A stretch of 64,000 nucleotides of DNA from an uncultured Alphaproteobacteria bacterium (lineage in GTDB: Bacteria; Pseudomonadota; Alphaproteobacteria; RF32; CAG-239), in assembly GCA_949493535.1 (NCBI GenBank), contig CASZWJ010000002.1, positions 119,165 through 183,164 of the forward strand. Reading direction: 5' to 3'. Positions 8,708 through 18,220 of this stretch are shown here, piece by piece. A program made the position numbers and the translations under genes. Position 1 is the stretch's first letter. Each line of letters starts with the position of its first letter. Under the pieces are notes generated by a model. It did not search any database and had not been told where the DNA came from. It worked only from the letters and a program-made list of their open reading frames with translations.

Positions 8708-10126
8708 ATGTATGATCCTAAGTCGATGAAGGCAGAGGAGTTTATCTGCCATGATGAAATTTTAGATACTTTGGCCTATGCCGATAAAAATAAAAACAAT
8801 GCCGAACTTATAGACAAAGTTCTGGCAAAAGCAAGAGAATATAAAGGTCTCAGCCACAGAGAAGCTTTGCTGCTTTTGGACTGTGACATTCCTGAAAAAA
8901 ACAAAGAAATTTTTGAGTTGGCCGAGCAAATCAAAAAAGATTTTTACGGCAACCGTATCGTGATGTTTGCACCACTGTATCTGTCAAATTACTGCGTTAA
9001 CGGCTGTGTTTATTGCCCTTATCATGCCAAAAACAAACATATTCCGAGAAAAAAGCTGACGCAGGAAGAAGTTGCAAAAGAAGTGATTGCTTTGCAGGAT
9101 ATGGGGCATAAGCGTTTGGCAATTGAAGCCGGTGAAGATCCGGTAAACAATCCGATTGAATATATTTTGGAATGTATTAAGACGATTTACGGCATTAAGC
9201 ACAAGAACGGCGCTATCCGCCGCGTAAACGTCAATATTGCGGCAACAACGGTTGAAAACTATCGCAAGCTTAAAGAAGCCGGTATCGGCACATATATCCT
9301 GTTTCAGGAGACTTATCATAAAGAAAGTTATGAAAAACTGCATCCGACAGGGCCTAAGCATAATTATGCCTATCATACCGAAGCTATGGACAGGGCAATG
9401 GAAGGCGGCATTGACGATGTCGGTGTCGGCGTTTTGTTCGGCTTGGAGCGTTATCGTTACGAGTTTGCCGGCTTATTAATGCATGCCGAGCATTTGGAGG
9501 CCGTTCACGGTGTCGGTCCGCATACGATTTCTGTTCCGAGAATTCGCCGTGCTGATGATATTGATCCTGATGTGTTTGACAACGGCATAGATGACGATAC
9601 TTTTGCCAAGTTGGTTGCCTGCATTCGTATTGCCGTTCCTTATACGGGAATCATTATGTCTACGCGCGAGAGCAAGAAAACGCGCGAACGGGTTATCCAT
9701 TACGGCGTTTCTCAGATCAGCGGCGGTTCAAAGACCAGTGTCGGCGGTTATGACAAGCCGGAAGCAGAAGACGAAGATTCTTCCCAATTTGAAGTCAGCG
9801 ATACGCGTACGCTTGACGATGTGGTCAAATGGCTTATGGAAATGGGTTATATTCCCAGTTTCTGTACGGCATGTTATCGCGAAGGCCGTACTGGCGACAG
9901 GTTTATGGCATTGTGCAAAAACAGGCAGATTCATAATTGTTGTCTGCCGAATGCTTTGATGACCCTGAAAGAATATCTTATGGATTATGCCAGCCCCGAG
10001 ACCCGCAAAATCGGCGAAGATTTAATCCGTAAGGAACTGGAGAATATTCCGAAAGAAAAAGTCAAAACGAAATGTGCCGAGTATATTGACAATATTGCCG
10101 ACGGTGAGCGCGATTTCAGATTTTAA
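8708..10126 (+). CDS. hydG: [FeFe]-hydrogenase maturase HydG (radical SAM tyrosine lyase, ThiH/HydG family)
   Basis: radical-SAM CVNGCVYC motif, 472 aa, C-terminal auxiliary cluster cysteines CTACYREG...CKNRQIHNCC typical of HydG rather than the shorter ThiH. Confidence 0.75.
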   Translation: MYDPKSMKAEEFICHDEILDTLAYADKNKNNAELIDKVLAKAREYKGLSHREALLLLDCDIPEKNKEIFELAEQIKKDFYGNRIVMFAPLYLSNYCVNGCVYCPYHAKNKHIPRKKLTQEEVAKEVIALQDMGHKRLAIEAGEDPVNNPIEYILECIKTIYGIKHKNGAIRRVNVNIAATTVENYRKLKEAGIGTYILFQETYHKESYEKLHPTGPKHNYAYHTEAMDRAMEGGIDDVGVGVLFGLERYRYEFAGLLMHAEHLEAVHGVGPHTISVPRIRRADDIDPDVFDNGIDDDTFAKLVACIRIAVPYTGIIMSTRESKKTRERVIHYGVSQISGGSKTSVGGYDKPEAEDEDSSQFEVSDTRTLDDVVKWLMEMGYIPSFCTACYREGRTGDRFMALCKNRQIHNCCLPNALMTLKEYLMDYASPETRKIGEDLIRKELENIPKEKVKTKCAEYIDNIADGERDFRF

Positions 10127-10130
10127 CCCT

Positions 10131-10157
10131 AAATCCCCGTTATTTCGGGGATTTTTT
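10131..10157 (+). terminator. rho-independent terminator after hydG
   Basis: AAATCCCCG-TTATTT-CGGGGATTTTTT. Confidence 0.6.
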
Positions 10158-10241
10158 ATTATGTTAATTTCTTGACAATTTTTTAGTATTTTGACATTAA
10201 AAATATATAAAAAACAGGTTATCAGTTTGGGAATAAAAACG

Positions 10242-12509
10242 ATGAAAAAAGAACTTCTTGCGCCGGCAGGCGATATTGAGGCCGGATATGCCGCCCTTTA
10301 TTACGGGGCTGATGCCGTTTATTTGGGGTTGCAGCAATTTTCGGCGCGGGCGACGGCGGCTAATTTCAGCGAAGCGGCTCTTAATGAATTTGTGGCTTTT
10401 GCCCATTCTCTCAATCGCAAAGTTTTTGTCGCGATTAATACGCTGGTGCAGGAACATGAACTTCCCGAACTGCTGAAAACGTTGGATTTATGTTCAAAAT
10501 ATCATGTTGATGCGGTGATTATTCAGGATTTGGGCGTGGCGCGGATCGTGCGAGAGCAATATCCCGAGTTGGAAATGCATGCCAGTACGCAAATGGCCGT
10601 TCATAACAAAGAAGGCGCTTTGGCATTACAAAAAATGGGGTTCAGCCGCGTGGTTTTGGCCAGAGAACTGCATTTATCCGAAATTAAAGAGATCGCGGCT
10701 ATTCCGGATTTGGAAACCGAAGCCTTTATTCACGGTGCGTTATGTTATTCATACAGCGGGCTGTGCCTGTTTTCCTCTTTTGAAAGCGGCAAAAGCGCGA
10801 ACCGCGGCAAGTGCCTGTATCCATGCCGCGCGGCGTTTGACGGCGAAGAAGGGAAAAAACATTATTTTTCCATGAAAGATATGGCTTTGCAAAAAGAAGT
10901 CCTTAATATGCCGGTAACTTCTCTTAAAATTGAAGGGCGAAAGAAAACGGCTCTCTATGTGGCGGCAGTAACGGATTATTATCGGCGCATTTTGGACGGG
11001 AAGGGCGCCGATGCCGCGAGAGAAGAAAATATTAAGCAGATTTTTTCGCGTCCGTGGACGGATTTTCACTTCAAAGGCAAAAACAAAAACGTGATTGACC
11101 GCAATTTTGTCGGGCACCGCGGTTTGCTTATCGGGCAGGCGGAGCAAATTAATAAAAATAAACTTATCTTTAAGACTAAGCACAAAATTGCCCGTTATGA
11201 CGGTATTCAGATTGATGTAGCCGGAGATGAAAAGCCTTTCGGATTTTCTTTGCAGTTTTTGAAAGCGAACGGCAAGAACAGTTTTGAGGCAAAAGCCGGC
11301 GATTTGGTTGAAATATCTTTGCCGCCCAAAGCGCCTCAATTGGCTAAGGGGCAGAATATTTATCTGGCTTCTTCTTCCGAAGTGAAAGGTTCATATCCTT
11401 ATACCAAACCCAAGCCGGGCGAATATAAGCGGCGGGATGAAGTGGCGGTCAGCGTTTCTGTTTCTCCTACAGCGGCGGTTGCCGGATGTGGCGAGAAAAC
11501 GGTTAAAATAAACGGAGTTTTTGATAAGGCCAATTCTCCGGAAAAAGTTGCTTCCGCTGTCCGGTCGGCATTTGCCAAAACCGGCGATACTGATTTTAGT
11601 TTAGGCAAACTTGAAATTGATAACCCTGACGGTTTGTTTGTTCCTGTTTCAATGTTAAACGAGCTGCGCCGGCAGTTATACAGTCAAATCTCGTTTGCAG
11701 ACAAGCACGGTTCTTTGCCAGAGATTGGCAATAGCCGCTCATCAAAACAGCCGCAATGGGTGATTAAGACTGACGATTTGTCCTGTTTGAGCAAAATTGA
11801 TTTGGATGAGGTTGCTGAGATTATCTGGCTGTTAAACTCAAACAGCAATGCCGAAGATGCCAAACGTCTGCCTAAAAACAAGCTGCGTCCGGCGCTTCCG
11901 GCTGTTTGCCGCCATCCGGACAAATTTATGCCTCTGATTAAAAGCCTGACGGAACAGGGATATAATAAATGGGAAATCGGCAATTATTGGGGCTTAAGCG
12001 CCTTGCCGGAAAAAGGCATTGATTTGAGCTTTGATTCCTCTCTTTATACGATGAATACGCAAGCGATTGAGCAGGCAAAAGCGATAGGTGTTTCAAAAGT
12101 TTCTTTTGCATTGGAAGATGATTTGAAAAACTTGAAAACCTTGTCGGAAACAAGCCCGTTACCGCTGACAATGGTTGTTTATCAGGATGTGCCGTTGTTT
12201 ACCAGTGCAGATTGTATCAGATCCAATTCCTGCAAAGATTGTACCCGAGGCGAAAAATGGATTTCGTTGGAACGGAACGGCATAAGGTATCAGGCATTGT
12301 CAAAAGATTGTCAGATTATGCTTTTTACGGACAAGCCGTTTTGCGTTGCCAAAGAGGCAAAGGATATTGTTGCGGATTTTTACCGTGTCGATTTTTGCTA
12401 TAAAAAATATACATCAGAAAAGGCTTCCCGAATATTTGCCGCCGTGAAAAATTTTGAAGATGTTGCCGATTGTCATAAAGCAAATTTAATTCGTCCGAAT
12501 TTATTATAA
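10242..12509 (+). CDS. peptidase U32 family protein (YegQ/RlhA-like), long form
   Basis: N-terminus MKKELLAPAGDIEAGYAALYYGADAVYLGLQQFSARA and cysteine cluster CYSYSGLC...CLYPC typical of U32 peptidases; about 755 aa with C-terminal extension. Confidence 0.8.
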   Translation: MKKELLAPAGDIEAGYAALYYGADAVYLGLQQFSARATAANFSEAALNEFVAFAHSLNRKVFVAINTLVQEHELPELLKTLDLCSKYHVDAVIIQDLGVARIVREQYPELEMHASTQMAVHNKEGALALQKMGFSRVVLARELHLSEIKEIAAIPDLETEAFIHGALCYSYSGLCLFSSFESGKSANRGKCLYPCRAAFDGEEGKKHYFSMKDMALQKEVLNMPVTSLKIEGRKKTALYVAAVTDYYRRILDGKGADAAREENIKQIFSRPWTDFHFKGKNKNVIDRNFVGHRGLLIGQAEQINKNKLIFKTKHKIARYDGIQIDVAGDEKPFGFSLQFLKANGKNSFEAKAGDLVEISLPPKAPQLAKGQNIYLASSSEVKGSYPYTKPKPGEYKRRDEVAVSVSVSPTAAVAGCGEKTVKINGVFDKANSPEKVASAVRSAFAKTGDTDFSLGKLEIDNPDGLFVPVSMLNELRRQLYSQISFADKHGSLPEIGNSRSSKQPQWVIKTDDLSCLSKIDLDEVAEIIWLLNSNSNAEDAKRLPKNKLRPALPAVCRHPDKFMPLIKSLTEQGYNKWEIGNYWGLSALPEKGIDLSFDSSLYTMNTQAIEQAKAIGVSKVSFALEDDLKNLKTLSETSPLPLTMVVYQDVPLFTSADCIRSNSCKDCTRGEKWISLERNGIRYQALSKDCQIMLFTDKPFCVAKEAKDIVADFYRVDFCYKKYTSEKASRIFAAVKNFEDVADCHKANLIRPNLL

Positions 12510-12566
12510 AAAAATAATGAACTTTATTTTTTATGCGCTCGTTATAAGTGGTGTGAGGAGGCTGAA

Positions 12567-12830
12567 ATGGAAGATGATATTTCAAAATTGCTAAAAGAAG
12601 CCAAGCCGCTTTATTTTGCGCGTAAACGGCGAAATAACCGTTTGAAAGCTTTTGCCGCCATGTTGGTCGGCGTGGTTATGCTGGGCAGCTTTTATCCGAA
12701 GAATGACGGGCTGTCGGAAAGTTTTGATTATTATTTTATGGGAGGCGAAATTTCCATTAGCGAGAATATTTCCATTATTGAAGAAATGGGGCTGCCGACG
12801 GATGATTACGGTTTGCTGATGGTTGGCTGA
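12567..12830 (+). CDS. small membrane protein translationally coupled to the ECF sigma factor (possible anti-sigma partner)
   Basis: 87 aa, strong GAGGAGG RBS, one TM segment AFAAMLVGVVMLGSF, stop overlaps sigma start (TGATG). Confidence 0.5.
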   Translation: MEDDISKLLKEAKPLYFARKRRNNRLKAFAAMLVGVVMLGSFYPKNDGLSESFDYYFMGGEISISENISIIEEMGLPTDDYGLLMVG

Positions 12831-13333
12831 TGAAGGAAATTATTGCTGAGAACAAAAGCCTGATAAAGGCTATTATAAAAAAACTGACCGGTTCTTATAA
12901 TGAAGATATTGAACAGGAAGTTTATATTAAAACTTGGAAAAATCTGGATAAATACAAAGAAGAGGGTAAATTCAGGCAATGGATTGGCGCATTGACGGCT
13001 AATGTCTGTCGGGATTATTTCAAAACCAGACAACATAAAATGGAAAGCCTGCAAATCTGCGGAGATGAGTTGCTTGAGAACGTTAAAGTCGGCGGACGTC
13101 AGGAGGAAATGATTGACGCCAAAGCCAGACAGAAAATAATTCTGAAAGCTGTTGACGATTTGCCTAAAAAAATGCGCCAAGTCGTTATCTGGTTTGAGTT
13201 TGAAGAAATGAGCTATGAGCAGATTTCGCAGAAACTTGGTTTACCGATCGGTACGGTGAAATCCAGATTGTTTAATGCCAGAAAAATTTTGAGTGAAAAA
13301 CTTAATTTCTTAAAGGAGAAAAATGATGAATAA
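12830..13333 (+). CDS. RNA polymerase sigma-70 factor, ECF subfamily
   Basis: sigma-2 region EQEVYIKTWKNLDKY...WIGALTANVCRDYF and sigma-4 region MSYEQISQKLGLPIGTVKSRLFNARKIL. Confidence 0.85.
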   Translation: MKEIIAENKSLIKAIIKKLTGSYNEDIEQEVYIKTWKNLDKYKEEGKFRQWIGALTANVCRDYFKTRQHKMESLQICGDELLENVKVGGRQEEMIDAKARQKIILKAVDDLPKKMRQVVIWFEFEEMSYEQISQKLGLPIGTVKSRLFNARKILSEKLNFLKEKNDE

Positions 13334-13799
13334 AAGCTTATTGACAGTTTTATGCGCTGCGGGCGTTTTGATTGGGAGTACGGACGCTTATACGCAAGAA
13401 AAAGATATGCCGCCACCGCCTAAAGCCGGCGATGAGATGCTTCCTCCGCCGCCTCACGGACCCGAAATGAGAAAACATAAAAAACCGGAATTTGCCGATA
13501 AAATGCATAAGAAAATGGCTGAAAAGTTCGCCAAAGACTTGGGGCTTACCGAAGAACAGCAGAAAAAAGCCGAAGAGTTGCGCAAGGCAGGGCGTGAAAA
13601 AATGGACCCCTTGTTTGAAGAAATGAGGAAGATTCATGAAAAAATTTATAAAGTCAGTGAAGAAAATCTGAAAGAATTTGAGGCTATCCTGACCCCGGAA
13701 CAAAAAGCCAAATTGGAAAAAATGAAAGCCGAGAGAAAAAGCTTTCATAAAGGCCGCAAAGACGGACGCAAAATGAAGAAACAAGATAAAAAAGATTAA
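13323..13799 (+). CDS. periplasmic LTXXQ-motif protein (Spy/CpxP/ZraP family-like)
   Basis: signal peptide MMNKSLLTVLCAAGVLIGSTDA, two LTxEQ motifs (LTEEQQKKAEELRK, LTPEQKAKLEKMK), K/E-rich helices; AAGGAG RBS. Confidence 0.6.
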   Translation: MMNKSLLTVLCAAGVLIGSTDAYTQEKDMPPPPKAGDEMLPPPPHGPEMRKHKKPEFADKMHKKMAEKFAKDLGLTEEQQKKAEELRKAGREKMDPLFEEMRKIHEKIYKVSEENLKEFEAILTPEQKAKLEKMKAERKSFHKGRKDGRKMKKQDKKD

Positions 13800-13811
13800 T
13801 TTTTTTTAATC

Positions 13812-13843
13812 AAACCCCTGCTTTTATCAGCAGGTTTTTTTTT
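13812..13843 (+). terminator. rho-independent terminator
   Basis: CCTGCT-TTTATC-AGCAGG + T9. Confidence 0.55.
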
Positions 13844-13912
13844 GTTGCTCTTTACAGTTGATTTGTTTTGTTGTATTTAATTATTAGGTTTTGTTAAATA
13901 AAGGGTACCAGA

Positions 13913-16051
13913 ATGAGAAAGATTAGGGTTGCGAATGTTATAGTTGTTTCCTTATTTGTTTTGTTCATTGTTTTGGGAATAAATTTTTTTATAACTTATA
14001 AATTCAATTCTAAAGTGTTTGAAGTTCTTGAAGCTAGTATTCAAAACAATAATGATATTATATCCCAAATAACGGTTGATAAAAAAAAGAGGGTTGTGAT
14101 AACTCCAGCTTTGGTTCAACAAATTAAAAATTTTCAATCTGTTAAAAATGATGATTTTATGAGGTCTTATTATGAAACTCAAAGTAATTGGTTAAATATG
14201 TGGCTGACCATATTAACGATAGTTTTGGGAATTTTGGCAGTTGTTCTTCCGGTATGTTTTATGAAATTTTATGAAGATAAAAAGAAAGATATTGAAAAGG
14301 TTATTAGAGAGTGTAAAAAAGTTCAAAAATCAATGATGAAAGAAGTTGCTACAGTTGAGAAAAAAAAGAATTCAATGACGGCTGATTTGGAACTTGTAAA
14401 GAAATATGTAGATGATTCCAAAGCTAATAATTTTTATGCTCAAGCAATTTCTGATTTAAGTAAAAATAATTATGATGATGCCTTAGATAATATAGAAAAA
14501 ACAATTAAACTTAATCCCAAAATGGAAAAAGCCTATGGAATCAAGAGTATTGTTTATAGAAATAAGCAAGATTATAACAAAGCTTTAGAATGTTTAAATC
14601 AAGCCATTCAGCTCAACCCTAAAATGATACCTGCATATATCAGTAGAGCCAAAGTTTATGCTGATATGGGAAAATTTAATGAGGCTTTGGCCGATTGTCA
14701 TACAGCATTATCGTTTGATAATAAAAGGGAAAATACGTTAGGTGTCAGATCTTCAATTTATATTAAAATGAAAGAATATGACAAAGCTCTTGCTGATTTG
14801 AACAAGATTATTGAGTTATATCCGGAATCTGATAAAGCATTATTACAAAGAGCAACCCTTTATTATGATCTCGAAGATTTTGATAATGCTTTGAATGATT
14901 TTCAAAAATTAATTGTATTAAAACCAGATGATATAAACTATCATGCAATGCTTGTTACCATTTATGAAAGAAAAGAGTGCTATACAGAAGCTCTGAGTAT
15001 CGTTGATAAAATTATTAATTTGGCTCCAGATGATTATCGAGGATATGCAAATAAAAGTGATGTTTATTTGAAATTGGGCAAATTTGATTGTGCTTTATCT
15101 AATATAGAAAAAGCTCTTTCATTAAATCCAAATTATGCCGACGGATATGGTTTGAGAGGGTCAATACATGAAAACCTTGGTGAATTAGATAAGGCTGTTG
15201 CAGATTTTAATAAATTAGCTGTTATTAGTCCTGATAATTACCAAGCTTATTTATTAAGAGGTAAGATATTATTTAAACAGGAAAATCTGCCAGCAGCTTT
15301 GGATGATATGAATAAATTAATAAAATTACGTCCAAATGATGTAGATGCATATTTTTTACGAGCAGATATTTTTCGAAAATTGGAACAATTTGATAACGCA
15401 TTAGTAGATATTAATAGTATAATCACAATAACTCCAGAAAATGGTCAAGCTTATGGTTTTAGGGCAGGTATTTATCAAAGTCTGAAATCTTATGATAGTG
15501 CTCTTAAAGATATTGAAAAAGGGCTTTCGTTAGGATGGGATAAGTATCATGCCTATCTTTTAAAATCTTTAATAATGTATGAATTAGAGCAATATGAAGA
15601 TTCATTAACAGCTATAAATCAAGCTATTCTTTTTAATCCGGATGATATTTTTGCTCAAGATTTAAGAATTGCAATTTATTTTCATATGAAGAATTACGAG
15701 AATGCGTTAAAAGAAATACAGATAATTTTAAATAAACAAGAAGATCCTGAAATTTATGGAAAAATGGCTTGTGCTTATGTTTCCTTGAAAAAATACGATG
15801 AGGCTCTGATAACTCTCAAAAAATCAATGAACTTATATCCAGATTATGTATCTAACTATTATAATATAGCAGAAGTTTATATTAAAAAACTTAATTTTAA
15901 AAATGCTCTTGAAGCCTTAAAAATGTATTGGCAGAAAGCCAGTGAGCCGAATATTAGTGATGAAGATAGGAAAGATTGGCTTGATATATTGAATAAGCAT
16001 AAAAAAAGCAAATATGTTTCAGAAATTATTAATTTAATTTCTGTAAAATGA
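13913..16051 (+). CDS. membrane-anchored tetratricopeptide (TPR) repeat protein, 712 aa
   Basis: N-terminal TM segments, coiled-coil segment, then at least 12 TPR-like 34-aa repeats (for example AYGIKSIVYRNKQDYNKALECLNQAIQLNP); gene visibly more AT-rich than neighbours. Confidence 0.75.
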   Translation: MRKIRVANVIVVSLFVLFIVLGINFFITYKFNSKVFEVLEASIQNNNDIISQITVDKKKRVVITPALVQQIKNFQSVKNDDFMRSYYETQSNWLNMWLTILTIVLGILAVVLPVCFMKFYEDKKKDIEKVIRECKKVQKSMMKEVATVEKKKNSMTADLELVKKYVDDSKANNFYAQAISDLSKNNYDDALDNIEKTIKLNPKMEKAYGIKSIVYRNKQDYNKALECLNQAIQLNPKMIPAYISRAKVYADMGKFNEALADCHTALSFDNKRENTLGVRSSIYIKMKEYDKALADLNKIIELYPESDKALLQRATLYYDLEDFDNALNDFQKLIVLKPDDINYHAMLVTIYERKECYTEALSIVDKIINLAPDDYRGYANKSDVYLKLGKFDCALSNIEKALSLNPNYADGYGLRGSIHENLGELDKAVADFNKLAVISPDNYQAYLLRGKILFKQENLPAALDDMNKLIKLRPNDVDAYFLRADIFRKLEQFDNALVDINSIITITPENGQAYGFRAGIYQSLKSYDSALKDIEKGLSLGWDKYHAYLLKSLIMYELEQYEDSLTAINQAILFNPDDIFAQDLRIAIYFHMKNYENALKEIQIILNKQEDPEIYGKMACAYVSLKKYDEALITLKKSMNLYPDYVSNYYNIAEVYIKKLNFKNALEALKMYWQKASEPNISDEDRKDWLDILNKHKKSKYVSEIINLISVK

Positions 16052-16081
16052 TACTCATAGTAAAGATTTAGGAGACTGCAG

Positions 16082-16378
16082 ATGCATCTAGTTGTTTTTG
16101 CTTTAGGGCTGTATATTGTTTTTGCCGAGTGGCGGAATTCGGTTTTGCGTAAGAAACTTGATGCGGCAGAACGAAACCTCTCTAAACTGAAAAAAGATAA
16201 AACCTTATGGTATTCCGGCGTTTTGCCGAAAGCTGACAAATTCTGCCTGATTCAGGAAAGCGGCGGTGATTATGTGGTATCCAAGCTTTCTGACAAACGC
16301 TGGCTCAGCAAAGACGGGCTGGTTGATTTTTCAAAAATTAAACGTTGGGCTTATCTTGATGATTTGAATACGATTTAA
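16082..16378 (+). CDS. hypothetical small membrane protein
   Basis: 98 aa, AGGAG RBS, N-terminal TM helix; co-oriented directly after the TPR gene. Confidence 0.45.
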   Translation: MHLVVFALGLYIVFAEWRNSVLRKKLDAAERNLSKLKKDKTLWYSGVLPKADKFCLIQESGGDYVVSKLSDKRWLSKDGLVDFSKIKRWAYLDDLNTI

Positions 16379-16387
16379 TCTTCAGAC

Positions 16388-16420
16388 AAAAAAACTCCTT
16401 ATTCGGGAGTTTTTTTTGTT
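16388..16420. terminator. bidirectional terminator between ORF 16082 and cobB
   Basis: ACTCC-TTATTC-GGGAGT flanked by A6 and T8. Confidence 0.6.
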
Positions 16421-17132
16421 ATTCTGCATTTTTTATTAATTCTTCAATATAAGGCGGCAGAGTTTCGCCGGCCTTTCCGAATATATGCTTGTCAAACAGA
16501 TAGTTGTTGGCCGTTGTATCCAGCGTGAATTCGACCGTATCCGCGCCGTAATATTTGGCGAGCTGTACAAATCCTGCTGCCGGATAAACGACGCCTGACG
16601 TACCGATTGAAATAAACAACTCACATTTGCGGAGAATGTCCTCGACTTTGTCCATGCATAGCAGGTTTTCGCCAAAGAAAACGATATTGGGTTTCATCAT
16701 GCCCATGACCTGACAATGCGGGCAGACGGTTTCGGTATCAACGTCGCCCCAGGCTTCAAGAACCTGTCCGCAATTTAAGCAGACAGCCTGATTAATCTGT
16801 CCGTGAATATGAAAGACATTCTGATTTTCCGCTTTTTCATGCAAAGTGTCAACATTTTGGGTTATGATATTGATTTCTGCCGGATATTCTTTTTGCAATT
16901 TGGTTAGAGCCAAATGGGCGGCATTGGGTTTTGCCTGTTGAATCTCTGTTTTCAGATTATTGTAAAAATCGTGTACCAGAGCCGGATTGTGTTGAAATCC
17001 TTCAATAGAGGCCACGTCTTCGACTTTATGGTTATTCCACAAACCGTTGGAACTGCGAAATGTGGCAAGCCCTGATTCCGCAGAAATTCCGGCGCCGGTC
17101 AAAATTGCTATGTTGCGATATATCTTAGCCAT
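16419..17132 (-). CDS. cobB: NAD-dependent protein deacylase, Sir2 family (CobB-type)
   Basis: GAGISAESGLATFR NAD-binding motif, Zn ribbon CLNCGQ...CPHCQ, catalytic HG (IHGQ). Confidence 0.85.
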   Translation of the reverse strand: MAKIYRNIAILTGAGISAESGLATFRSSNGLWNNHKVEDVASIEGFQHNPALVHDFYNNLKTEIQQAKPNAAHLALTKLQKEYPAEINIITQNVDTLHEKAENQNVFHIHGQINQAVCLNCGQVLEAWGDVDTETVCPHCQVMGMMKPNIVFFGENLLCMDKVEDILRKCELFISIGTSGVVYPAAGFVQLAKYYGADTVEFTLDTTANNYLFDKHIFGKAGETLPPYIEELIKNAE

Positions 17133-17279
17133 TTTTATCTCCTGAGCCGATCATAGGCTTAAAAACAGATATAATCAACATGAATTTCTAATGTTAAAAA
17201 ACATGTTTTTTTATTGGTTATTTGTGAAATATTGAGCTAGTTTATTTGTGAGAAAATTTAAGTTTTTAGGAGCATTTGA

Positions 17280-18218
17280 ATGGCGTTTTGGCATAAATGG
17301 TTTATTCCGAAACCTTATAACGAAGGATATTTGCCGGAGCTTGACGGCCATGAAATATATTTCAGGGAGTTCGGCAACCCGCAAGGCGAGGTGATCCTGA
17401 CGTTTCATGGCGGGCCGGGGTTTTGGTCGCGTCCGGAAAAAGCCCGCGATTTCGATTTGAAAAAATACAGAGTCATTCAATTTGACCAGCGCGGTTGCGG
17501 AGAATCAAAACCGGTCGGAAAGCTTGAAAATAACACGACACAAGATAATGTCGAAGATGCGGTTCGCTTGCTTAATTATTTGAAAATAAGCGGAAAAATC
17601 ATCCTTTTCGGCGGATCGTGGGGCTCGACGATGGCGTTAATGTTTGCCGAACAATATCCCGATTTGGTTAAGTGCATGATTTTATCCAAAATCTTTTTGG
17701 CCAATAATGACAGCCGGAAATGGGAGCTGAAAGACAGTGCGGCATTTTATCCGGATATTTTGGATGCCATTCGTGGCGATTTGCCTGATAACTCATTGAT
17801 TCCGGAGTATTATTTGAAGCTGATTAGCTCAGACGATGCGTCGCAGCAAGCCAAGGCAGCGTCCTTATACGGCAGTTTGGAAAATTTCCTCGGCTGTCTT
17901 AATCCGCAAATTAATATGCATACGCCCGATGAGAAAGAACTGGCGATGCAGCGGGTATATATTTATTACGCGGCCCGCCAATTTATGATGAAAGACGACG
18001 AACTTATTGAAAATGCCGCAAAAATTAAACATATTCCGACTTTAATCGCGCATAACCGTTTGGATTTCATCTGTCCGCCGATTAACGCCTATCGTCTGCA
18101 CAAAGCACTGCCGATGTCTAAATTGGTTATCGTGCCGGACAAAGGGCATTCCAGCAAAATGCTCAGTGACGTCATAATCAGAGAAATGAATGAATTTTTA
18201 CGGAAACATGAGGGTTAA
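17280..18218 (+). CDS. proline iminopeptidase-like alpha/beta hydrolase (S33 family)
   Basis: HGGPG oxyanion motif, nucleophile elbow GGSWGS, overall Pip-like N-terminus. Confidence 0.75.
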   Translation: MAFWHKWFIPKPYNEGYLPELDGHEIYFREFGNPQGEVILTFHGGPGFWSRPEKARDFDLKKYRVIQFDQRGCGESKPVGKLENNTTQDNVEDAVRLLNYLKISGKIILFGGSWGSTMALMFAEQYPDLVKCMILSKIFLANNDSRKWELKDSAAFYPDILDAIRGDLPDNSLIPEYYLKLISSDDASQQAKAASLYGSLENFLGCLNPQINMHTPDEKELAMQRVYIYYAARQFMMKDDELIENAAKIKHIPTLIAHNRLDFICPPINAYRLHKALPMSKLVIVPDKGHSSKMLSDVIIREMNEFLRKHEG

Positions 18219-18220
18219 TT

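Noticed and set aside
16419-17132. Sir2-domain protein as a possible anti-phage (Thoeris/DSR-like) NADase
   Set aside because: It has the canonical CobB/sirtuin architecture with a Zn ribbon and deacylase motifs. No defence partner genes are adjacent, and it sits among housekeeping genes.
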